From assembly GCF_006345805.1 (NCBI RefSeq), contig NC_042997.1, forward strand, positions 165,292,001 through 165,356,000: a stretch of DNA of 64,000 bases. Direction: 5' to 3'. Of this stretch, positions 1-10,470 are shown one piece after another. A program made the position numbers and the translations under genes. The stretch comes from Octopus sinensis (lineage: Eukaryota). Each line of letters begins with the position of its first letter. The first letter of the stretch is position 1. Under the pieces are notes generated by a model. It was not told the origin of the DNA. It did not search any database and saw only the letters and a list, made by a program, of their open reading frames with translations.

Positions 1-728
1 TTTTTAAGGCGTCATAAAAATATTAGGGGTTGTTCTGAAAAAAAAATCATTATGAAGTAACTTTTGTTGGTTCTAACACATGTGATTGTAAAAATTACTT
101 CTCTTCCATCGACATATATATATTTGTACATTTTAATAACCTTAAACATACAACTACACATGTTATAGAGATGGGAAATTATTTTTTTCCTGCGTATTAT
201 ATGAGCTTCGATAACGCGAACAGTGGAAGCTTCAGCAAAAGAATTAACTATTGGAAATATATAAAGAAAGAATAGATAGAAAGAGAGGGGGGAAAGAGTG
301 AGAGAGATGGAAAGAGAGAGCGTTGCTAGGAAACAGAAGGAGAAAAGGGACATAAATGAAATGTAAAGCGTTAAAATAAACCCATATCGCAGTGAATAGA
401 ATTGAGTTTTCTGAGTAACGTTTAGTTGAAATCTTCAATTATAAAGAATTTTGAAAACCATATTTTGATAGAAAGAAATATATATGTACATTAAAATTGG
501 AAATTATACGAATTTTCTAATAAGTCAAGACTTTAATAATTGCTTTCTTTTAGTAAAAGTTAAATAATCGCAAGTAATGCTACGAACATAACTTATTGGG
601 CAGGTAAGGCTATGTAAGAGCTACGGAAGGTCCGCTGTTAGACTCTCGGTTCGATAATAGTATGAGTGGGGAGTCTAACGCGGGTCGTATATGAGCGTGT
701 ATAGGTTAAATAAAATATCTCCCTTTCC

Positions 729-837
729 GATGGGATATCTTTTATATTCCTGAAATAGCTGTAAGATTACCCATCCCTTTATAAACTTACTAGAAGTTTC
801 ACACTGCTTTGGTGTTGTTGTCTTATTTCATTTAATC

Positions 838-912
<75 letters not shown>

Positions 913-1010
913 ATAAGACAACAACGCCAAGGCAGTGTGTAGTTTCTAGTAAGTTTATAAAGGGAAGGGTAGTCTTACAGCTGTTTCAGGGATATAAAAG
1001 ATATCCCATC
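729..1010. repeat. Inverted repeat pair (two 100-bp arms, 729-828 and 911-1010) flanking a (TA)n(GA)n microsatellite
   Basis: The arms are reverse complements with roughly 10 mismatches by eye. Confidence 0.9.
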
Positions 1011-1018
1011 ATCAGAGA
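973..1018 (-). ncRNA. Minimal type-I hammerhead ribozyme motif (Penelope-like-element type)
   Basis: Minus strand: UCU-CUGAUGA-U-GGGAUAU/CUUUU/AUAUCCC-U-GAA-ACAGCUGU-A-AGA. Intact core, 7-bp stem II, palindromic stem III, GUA cleavage triplet, 3-bp stem I. Confidence 0.6.
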
Positions 1019-1047
1019 TGATATGAGAGAGTTAAATAGAAAGAAAT

Positions 1048-1084
<37 letters not shown>

Positions 1085-1088
<4 letters not shown>

Positions 1089-1165
1089 ATAGAGGTATCT
1101 CCCTTTTTGTGTGTTGTCGGGAAAACCCTTGGAAGGATTATCTTAAACAGACTAAATAGTACCTG
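1085..1165 (+). mobile_element. Tiny RTE-type reverse-transcriptase relic
   Basis: HRGISL / LCVVGKTLGRIILNRL with one frameshift; resembles the YRGISLLS.AGKILARILLNRL motif of RTE LINEs. Confidence 0.45.
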
Positions 1166-1204
1166 AAATAAACTCCACTGTCCTCACAAACGAGACTACT
1201 AAAA

Positions 1205-1455
1205 GTGAACTCGAGCGGTGTCAAAAATTAATTTAAAAAAGCAGAAAAAATAATCCAGAATCCTTGTCCGGTACCGGATCGATCCCAAAATCTAATCAGT
1301 TCGTGGCAGTAACGAGGTTAAATATCCCTGAAAGTTTCATTCCAATCCATCAAGTGGTTCTTGAGATATCTTGTCCACGGACAAACAAACAGATAAACAA
1401 GAAACACGACTGAAAACAATACCTCCACCTTTGAGAATGTGGAAGTAATAAATAA
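1205..1455 (+). mobile_element. Non-autonomous Helentron/HINE-like element
   Basis: Contains aagtttcattccaatccatcaagtggttcttgagatatc, an (ACAA/ACAG) microsatellite, gaaaacaatacc, and a 3' stem-loop acctccac...gtggaagt (1421-1446). Confidence 0.5.
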
Positions 1456-1668
1456 AATGAAATAAATATATTAATTCAAGTTCAATAGTAATTAATTTAA
1501 ATAGGTGATATATAAATTGTATGTTGCAGGAAAAATGTTAAGTAGTCGTGCTACGAAACATCTTTTGCTTTAGTCGCAATTGTAGTCAGAGTTTTTGGTA
1601 GACTGAGCACTTATTATATTACTTCGTCATTAGGCGAAATTTTACCTGAACTGTATATATAAATATGC

Positions 1669-1762
1669 ATGTATGTATGTATGTACGTACGTACGTACGT
1701 ATGTATGTATGTATGTATGTATGTATGTATGTATGTATGTATGTATGTATGTATGTATGCAT

Positions 1763-1795
<33 letters not shown>

Positions 1796-1812
1796 TATAT
1801 ATATATACACAC
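1669..1812. repeat. (TATG)n/(TA)n microsatellite
   Basis: Directly visible. Confidence 0.95.
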
Positions 1813-1814
1813 AT

Positions 1815-2720
1815 ACATGAGGATAATAATATGCAGTTTAATACTGAAAAATTCCAGGCCCTGCGCTACCAGCATACAAAACTGAATATTAAACCTACAG
1901 GGTACACCAGTCCACAGGGAATTTCAATCCCAGAGCTTAATTCAGTGAGGGACCTGGGTATCGACATGAGTGATGATACCTCTTTCCAAGTGCACATTAC
2001 CAGGATGGCGGCAAAGTGCAGACGAATGGCTGGATGGATCCTGAGAACGTTCAGAACCAGAGAATAAGAAATCATGATGGTCCTCTGGAGGACATTCGTC
2101 CTCAGCTATCTGGATTATTGCTCACAGCTATGGTCACCCACCATTGTGAGATTAACAGCGGACCTTGAAGCAATCCAGAGAAGATTCACAAAGAAGATCG
2201 TCTCTTTACAACAGCTCAGCTACTGGGAAAGGTTGAAACAGCTAAGACTCTACTCCCTGGAGAGAAGACGGGAGAGGTATGCAGTAATATATATCTGGAA
2301 GATCCTGGAAGGAATTGTGCCAAATTTTGACATTGAAAGTTACACCAATGCCAGAACGGGACGACACTGCATAGTGCCAAAGATCCCAGCAATGTCATCA
2401 CGCTTCAGGACCAGTTACTGCAACAGCCTGGGTTTCAAGGGCCCACAGCTTTTTAATATTCTCCCAAAAAGTCTGAGGAACTTGCACAAAATTGATGTAA
2501 GGGTTTTTAAATCAAAGCTAGACTTCTTCCTGTCGAGAGTCTCAGATGAGCCTACCTCACGGCAAGAGGTGCAAATGAGGGTAGCTATATCAAACTCCAT
2601 TTTTTATCAAGTGCCACATATTAGAGGAAGCTCCTAGTAATAACAGTGTAGCGCGAAACGGCGGTGCATCAGCATGGCCGCAGCTCTGAGCTGAAACTAA
2701 AAAAAAAAGAAAGAAAAAAA
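1815..2720 (+). mobile_element. 5'-truncated CR1-clade LINE (RT C-terminus, 3'UTR, A-rich tail)
   Basis: [11 protein letters not shown]...DLGI...LDYCSQLWSP...YSLERRRERY; one premature TAA at 2065-2067; 3' end ggcggtgcatcagcatggccgcagctctgagctgaaact followed by poly(A). Confidence 0.9.
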
Positions 2721-3160
2721 TATATATATATATGCATATATGGGTACAGGACGTCACCAACTGTGTAAGCGACATGAAGTACGAAAGCCAACGAGTTAAA
2801 TACGCAAGCAACGAGAGAAAGAAATGGAAAACATAACAAGTAACACAAAGAACGACCTTTCATCAGTTGTCGGCTGTCTATCTACTCCTGATTTCGAGCA
2901 TTCAACATGTATGTATGTACGTACGTACGTACGTACGTAAATACATACATACATACATACATACATACATACATACATACATACATACACTGTTCTATAT
3001 TTTTGAGATGAGGAATTCTGTACATTATTTACATTAGACGGATATGTGTCCTCATCTAAAATTCACTCTATAATTGTCCACATGTATATTGCGTAATGGT
3101 TAAGAGCAAGGGCTACTCACCCCAAGATTGCGAGTTCAATTCCAGACAGTGCCTTGAATA

Positions 3161-3213
<53 letters not shown>
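3161..3213. repeat. (AAT)n microsatellite after a truncated tRNA-derived SINE head (about 3085-3156)
   Basis: Directly visible; head carries A-box (taatggttaagagc) and B-box (gagttcaattcc) like motifs. Confidence 0.8.
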
Positions 3214-3215
<2 letters not shown>

Positions 3216-3611
3216 TCCCTTAGGAATGGAAACCCAGGGTTGGGTTCAAAATCCTATCAAGACACCTAATGAAGGGTGGAGAATAAATCAGCCGAAATGC
3301 TGTGATAACAACAAACAAGATGAGGACACATATCCGTCTAATGTAAATAAATACATCTATATATATATATATATATATATATATTGTCCGAAATGTATAG
3401 CATTGAATATTCATCATGGCTGATCTTACCAAGCGGTTTTGCGTAAAGAATACAATGGAGTGTTAGGTAACAATCCGATTATATAACTTTACGCTCATCA
3501 AAGTTAGCCGATATGGAAGGGAATATGGCGACTGCGCGCGCGAGCGTTTATATATATACATTTATATACGCTCGTGCGCACACACATACACACGCACACA
3601 CTCACACACCC

Positions 3612-3678
<67 letters not shown>

Positions 3679-3688
3679 TTTCTCATTC

Positions 3689-3900
3689 ATCTTTTATTTG
3701 TTTCAGTCATTGGACTGCGACTATGCTTGTGCATCGCCTTGAATTTTAGTCGAATGAATCAACCCCAGTGCTTATTTCTTTAAGCCTGGTACTTATTCTA
3801 TCGGTTTCTTTTGCCAAACCGTTAAGTTACGGGGACATAAACACACCAACACCGGCTCTTAAATGGTAGTGAAGGACAGATATAAAGAGTCACACGCGCG
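3689..3900 (-). mobile_element. SINE 3' part with CR1-like tail
   Basis: tttcagtcattggactgcgactatgcttgtgcatcgcctt; same family at about 21395-21620, 49560-49880 and 54720-55220. Confidence 0.7.
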
Positions 3901-4127
3901 TACGCACACACACACACACGGTCTCTCACGCACCTACACACACATAATATATTTATAAGCGTACAAGTATATGTGTGCGAGTGTATCTATCTATCTATCT
4001 CGGTTCATAACTGATGAAGAATTAGGACCCTAGTGTCTGTCCTTCGTGTACGTTTGTAATATTTAATACATTTTTCATTTATGGTATAACTGAATGCCAC
4101 GCATCCCAACCTTTGTTAACGGTAAAC

Positions 4128-4646
<519 letters not shown>

Positions 4647-7230
4647 ATTTTGATTTTGATTTTGATTTTTCGATTTTGATTTTTCCAGTTTCAGCTAATG
4701 AGCTGTGGCCATGCTGGGGCACCGCCATTTGGTTTGCTACACGGGTTTACCTCACGGATGCTTTTTAGCAAACGCCATCTGATGCATGAGAGAGTTCGAT
4801 GCAGCTGCCCTCATCTGCACCTCCTGCCGTGAAGTTGGTTCATCCGGGACACCTGACAGGAAGAGATCCAGTCCTACTTTAAAGACATCCGCATCTACAC
4901 CATGCAGGTCCCTCAGGTTCTTCGGGAGGACATTGAAGAGCCGTGGGCCTCTGAAGCCCAGGCTATCACAATATCTTGTCCTACATCTTGATGGCAAATT
5001 TGGAGTCCTTGGTACTACGCAGTGGCGTCCGGTTCTGGCGTTTGTGTGACTCTCGATGCCAAAGTCTGGGACAAGACCTTCCAGGATCTTCCAGATATAT
5101 ATTATGGCATATCTTTCTCGCCTACGCTCCAAGGAATAGAGCTTTAATCTCTTGAGTCTCTCCCAGTAGCTCGTATGCTGCACAGAGGCTATCTTCTTCG
5201 TGTAGCTTCGTTGGATCGCCTCAAGTTCTGTGATCAACTTGACACTGGATGGTGACCATAGCTGAGAGCAATAGTCAAAGTGGCTTAGGACAAGTGTCTT
5301 CCAGAGGACCATCATGGTTTCTTGTTCTCTTGTTCGAAAGGTTCTAAGAATCCATCCAGCCAGCCGTCTGCATTTCATTGTCAGTTTAGCAACATGTACA
5401 TGAAAGGTTGCGTCATCACTCATGTGAATACCCAGGTCACGCACTGATTGTGCCTCTGGGATTGCAATCCCTCCGGGTCCAGTGTACTCATTGGGTATTG
5501 CATTCAGTTTTGCATGCTGATAGTATAAAGCTTGAAACTTTTCAGCATTGAACTGCATGCTATTCTTTTCAGCCCACTTGTATATTTCGTCCAGCTCACA
5601 TTGCAGGTGCTTAGTGTCTTCAGGGTTCTGTATTGCCTGTGAAACTTTTGTATCATCTGCATAACTTGTGATCGTGGCTCTCCGCGTGGCTGAGGGCATG
5701 TCTGAGAGGGCCATTATGAACAGTAGTGGTCCCAAAACAGTGCCCTGTGGAACACCGCTCACTATTTGCGTGCTAATGGAAGTGCTACCACCTGACTTCT
5801 ATTCTTCAGAAAGTCATGAAGCCATTCTCCTAGTTTTCCAACTATGCCAAGATCACGCAGTTTGTGACATATCATTCCATGATCGACTTTATCGAAGGCC
5901 TTTGCGAAGTCGAGATATATGACTTCCACATTTGAGTGGTTGAGCAGTTGTTTCAGCACCCAGTCATAGTGCTGCAGGAGCTGAGTTAAGCAGCTTCTTC
6001 CTGGTCGGAAACCATGTTGGGTGTCAGGCAGCAAGTCATTTTCTTCAAGGAAGGTGATTAGTTTCCTTCTGACTATTCGTTCCATGACCTTGCTGATGTG
6101 TGAGGTCAGAGAGATAGGTCTGTAGTTCTTGGCCTCCGCTCTGCTACCTCCTTTATGAATAGGGCATATTTTACCTTCCTTCAGTTTTCTTGGAAGTTTA
6201 CCAGCTGCAAGGAAGCTCTGAAAGAGGAACTGCAGTGGTCTTGCTAGGACTCTCTTACATACTTTTAGGAGGATTGCCGGGAATCCATCGGGGCCAATAG
6301 CTGAGTCTGTTTTCATTTCATCTATAGCCTTTATTACATCGTCTTCCTTTATATCGATGTAATTTATCGTCGCTGCCTCTGATTCTATATCTGCAGTGGT
6401 AAAGAAGTCAGTTGGATTGCTGATTTGGAAATGCCCAAGGGGTGGAGTGAAAACACTCTTGAATTGTTCATTCAGTATTTCACTTACCCTCATTGGTTTT
6501 CCTGTGAGTGTGCCATCCTTTTCAAGGAGTGGCCCTATCCTACAGTGCACCGTAGCTGTTTCTTTGGCATACCTGTAGAAAGCTCTGGGGTTAGTTTTTA
6601 TGTTGTCTATAGCCCAGGCTTCTTTGTCTGCTCTCTCCTTCTCATGGGAGAGTTGCAGACAATTTTCAATTTCTAACAGTTTTATTTTCAGGCGGGACTT
6701 TTCACTGCTTTCAATTTGTTTGTTTAGGCGATTTGAAATTTTTGTACGCCGTCTCATTAAAATTTTCCTCTCTCTGGGGATTTTGTTCTTGTGTACAGTG
6801 GTCTTTCTCTCTGGGACACATTTGTAGCATATGGCTTGCATTACAGACATGAATTGTTGAAGTATCATGTCGATGTCCGGCGAGGAGAGACATTCAGGCC
6901 AGTTTTGTTTGAGGATCTCTTTCTCAATTTGTTTCCAGTTTGCCTTATTGAAGTTCAAGCTGGAAAGATTCTGAGGGTTTCTTGTAGGCTCTCTTTTGGC
7001 CCGTACATGGTCAGCTCTACCATGTTGTGATCCGAGAGTAGTGTCGGTGTCACTTTCACATTATGGATGAGATCCATATTATTTGTGAAGCAGAGATCCA
7101 GTGTGTTACCTGCTCTGGTTGGTTGGAGTATTACTTGCTCCATGTACAGGGTGTTGATGAGGTTCAGGAGGGACCTCGCCTGTCCTCGTTCACATCTTGT
7201 CATTCCTGGGAGAGAAAGGCCCTCGGGCCA
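4647..7230 (-). mobile_element. 5'-truncated CR1-clade LINE, about 2.6 kb (end of APE endonuclease, RT, 3'UTR, (ATCAAA)n tail)
   Basis: [18 protein letters not shown] (APE end); NYRPISLTS, QHGFRPGRSC, YLDFAKAFDKV, SGVPQGTVLGP, YADDTK. Two frameshifts near 6965 and 5780, otherwise long open frames. Confidence 0.95.
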
Positions 7231-7508
7231 TATATATATACATATATATATATATACATATATATACATATACATATACATATACATACATATATATATA
7301 CATACATACATACATACATATATACACACATATATATATACATATATATACATATATATACATACATACATATATACACACATATATATATACATATATA
7401 TACATACATACATATATATATATACATACATACATACATATATATATATACATATATACATACATATATATATATACATATATATACATACATATATATA
7501 TACATACA
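7231..7508. repeat. Compound (TA/CA)n microsatellite
   Basis: Directly visible. Confidence 0.95.
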
Positions 7509-7509
7509 C

Positions 7510-7665
7510 GACAGGTTTCTTTCATTCTCTCTCTACCAAATCCACTCACAAGGTTTTGGTCGGTCCGAAGCTATAGGTAGAAAATATTTATCCAAGGTGT
7601 TGTGCAATGGGACTGAACCTGAAACTATGTGGTTGAGAAGCAAGCTTCTTATCAAACAACCTACA
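7510..7665 (-). mobile_element. tRNA-derived SINE 5' half
   Basis: ctaccaaatccactcacaaggttttggt...gggactgaacctgaaactatgtggttgagaagcaagcttct; same family at about 29000-29180, 48810-49010, 53170-53315 and 54580-54720. Confidence 0.7.
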
Positions 7666-8877
7666 CTCTTTGTTAGTCATTCTTTGGATATCCAAAACAA
7701 GGTCCTCGGGAAGACATTTTGTCGATTAATTGCTTGCAAAAATGTAAGCTGAACGAAGTTTTCCCATTCACTATATGATATAAATGAAACCCTTACCGTA
7801 TTTGTATTTAGCATGCTGAGAGTTCTGTAATATTTTCCTCTGGCTCTGTAGTTTATATTCATCTAAAGTTAAGAAGGAATGCAATAATAGTTGTGCATTC
7901 CCTCAATTCCACATTTTTCTGCACTGTATATATCAGCTTAATCAACTCAGTATCTTGAAGTTGTCTCCCTTGCTTTTTCCCGTTTGTTTTTACTTTGTTC
8001 AAACATTATTGGTTTTTTGGGGGTTTTTTTTCAAATAATTACTTGTTACTTAGTCTTTCAATTCACATTGCGTTAGACCCTATCATAATAACATTCTGTA
8101 GCCCTTAGAAAGTTCTTCCTCTAACCTATTTTTTTATATATCATATTACAGGACTAAATTACACTCCTGTGCAAAAGTTGTACAATAGATTTTAAATTCT
8201 TCTGTGAATTAATTGAAATATTTGCATAAAATTACTTTTCTAATTAAATGAAGTCAGTGAGATTATAAATTATTTTACTTCGGTTAACAAACAAGCACAC
8301 GACAGCTGTTTGGGGTTGGCAATCATGTTATGGAAGTACTGGATGGAACGCCTTCGCAGTACTTGTTCCACGTCTCAGATTTCTATGTTCAAGACGTAAT
8401 GTGGTCGATGTTGCTTTCAACTCTCCAAGTCGATAAAATACAGTGCCAGTGAAATACTGAGGTCGAAGTAATCGACTAAACCACCCTTCAAAATCGCCGG
8501 CCGTGTGCTTAAATAAATTATTAAAAAATAAGTTTCAAGGGAAATAACTCCCACTTCACACTGTTAAAATAAATATATTGATTTCGCTATTTAGATAAAG
8601 TTAGTTAAGACAAAATTAACACTCACTAAATCATTTTATGATATAATTTATAGAAAGTTTGGACTTTATCACTGAAAGTATATAAATTAAACGTTCAGAA
8701 AAAGGTGCTAGAGGCGTAAGGTATTTAAAATGTACAAACATTTACGGATGCAGACTGTAGTATAGAAGGGGAGCTAACTCCAGATGACATATCTAAACAT
8801 TCTAAATACAAATATGTTTCTTTATCCCGCTGGCGAATTTTTTCCCCACGAGAGTTCCGGATCCCAGTAAAGTACTC

Positions 8878-8949
8878 ATTTGCATACAGCCGATCAGAGC
8901 TCACCTTCACCATGCCAAGTTAAGAAATGTTGGTATTCAAAATGGCGAC
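8878..8949 (-). promoter_or_regulatory. Candidate promoter / first exon (ATG GTG AAG|gtgagc) of a second minus-strand gene
   Basis: YY1-type CAAAATGGCG at 8938-8947, ATG at 8913, donor GTGAGC at 8904-8899, octamer ATTTGCAT at 8878-8885, local CpG enrichment. Confidence 0.4.
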
Positions 8950-9596
8950 CTCCGATAACCATGCGAATTTCATATTGCGCTCTCATTCAGATGCCAAATA
9001 TCATTGATACTGAACACATACGCTTGTGAGCTGTAGGTTTGAATTACTATAGCAATCAAAGATAATATGAAAGTAAGGAAATTGCTTGAAGGTTTTATAA
9101 ATACACTATTGTCAATATTCCGAAAATAGCACTCCGCCGAGGTTGACTACATAGTATAGTATATTGTGTGTGTATGTGTGTGTGTATGTGTGTGCGAGAG
9201 AGAGAGAGGGAGGGAGGGAGTGAGTGAAGGCACATGGTTCACAATCATGAGGCAGTGAGTTCACTTCCCGGACCGAGCTGTGTTCTGTTCTTGAGCAAGA
9301 CACTTGTCCACTCTGCTGAGTGGTTAGTATTAGGAAGGGCATCCAGTCGTAAAAACCTAGCCAAAACAGACATAGAAATCTGGTGCAGTCTTCTGCCTGG
9401 CCACCTCCTGTCAAAGCGTCCAGCCCATGCCACCATGGAAGGCAGATTTTAAGCAATGATAATATCAACATGTCAAATACTATAGAAACAATTATTATAA
9501 TGTAAACACAAATACAATAGCAATGATCAACTAATAATTTCGCTCATAATTTTCTGATTTGGTTGAAAAAAAAAAAATCTATAATTACAAACAGGT

Positions 9597-10470
9597 TAAT
9601 AATAATAATTTCTACAAATAGGCACAGGGCCTGAAATATTTTAAGAGGGGACTAGTTGATTACATTGACCCCAGTGCTCAACTGGCACTTATTTCATTGA
9701 TGCCAAAAGGATGAAAGGCTAAATCATCCTCAATAGAATTTGAACACAGAATGTAAAAATGGACAAAATGCTGCTAAGCATGCTAATGATTCTGCCAGCA
9801 CACCACAGCAGTAATAATGATTTTGAATTCTGGAACAAGGCTAGCAATTTTGGAGTAGGGAGTGAGTCAATTACATCAACTCCAGTGCTAAACTGGTACC
9901 TGCTTTATTAATCCTGAAGGGATGAAAGCTAAAGTCGACCTTGGTGGAATTTAAACACAGAACATAAGGAAAGGTAAAATGCTGCTAAGCAGTTTGTCTG
10001 GTATGCTAATATTTCTTATTTCTTTATTGCCCACAAGGGGCTAAACATAGAGGAGACAAACAAGGACAGACAAAAGGACTAATTCGATTAGATCGACCCC
10101 AGTGCGACCCCAAAAGGATGAAAGGCAAAGTCGACCTCGCCAGAATTTGAACTCAGAAGATGGCAGTAGACGATATACCTCTAAGCATTTCGTCCAGCGT
10201 GCTAACGTTTCTGCCAGGTCACTGCTTTAACCGCATGCTAATATTTCTACCAGCTTGTCACCTTCATAATAATAATTTTAAATATTTTGGGACAGGGCCA
10301 GCAATGTCAAGGGACAGTGTAAGTGAATTACATTGACCCCAGTGCTCAACTGGTACTCATTTTATCAACCCCAAAGGGACAAAAGGCAAAGTTGACCTCA
10401 GTGGAATTTGAACTTAGAACAAGCATTTTGTGCAGCATGCTAATGTTTCTGCCAGCTTAGCACTTTCACA
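9597..10470 (-). mobile_element. Cluster of four same-orientation tRNA-derived SINEs (Meta-domain-like), one nested
   Basis: Repeated unit gaccccagtgc..aactggtac..ggatgaaaggcaaagtcgacctc..gaatttgaactcagaa. Many more copies in IPO4 introns, e.g. 29364-29574, 36820-37025, 38480-38690, 43800-44270, 59918-60140. Confidence 0.85.

Noticed and set aside
190-310. Strong-looking minus-strand acceptor at 249-248 as exon 2 of the MVK gene
   Set aside because: The pyrimidine tract is a GA-rich low-complexity run, and the phase-0 frame hits TAA after 16 codons with no donor.
579-700. H/ACA snoRNA interpretation of the two adjacent hairpins; plus-strand CAG|GTAAGG donor at 601-609
   Set aside because: No ANANNA H box in the hinge and no pseudouridylation pockets; no supporting upstream exon for the donor.
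2855-4050. Other CTGATGA motifs (2859-2865 minus, 4011-4017 plus) as hammerheads
   Set aside because: No correctly placed GAAA or paired stems.
8860-9150. snRNA gene suggested by an octamer plus SPH-like spacing
   Set aside because: No U1-U7, U11, U12, U4atac or U6atac-like sequence recognisable on either side.
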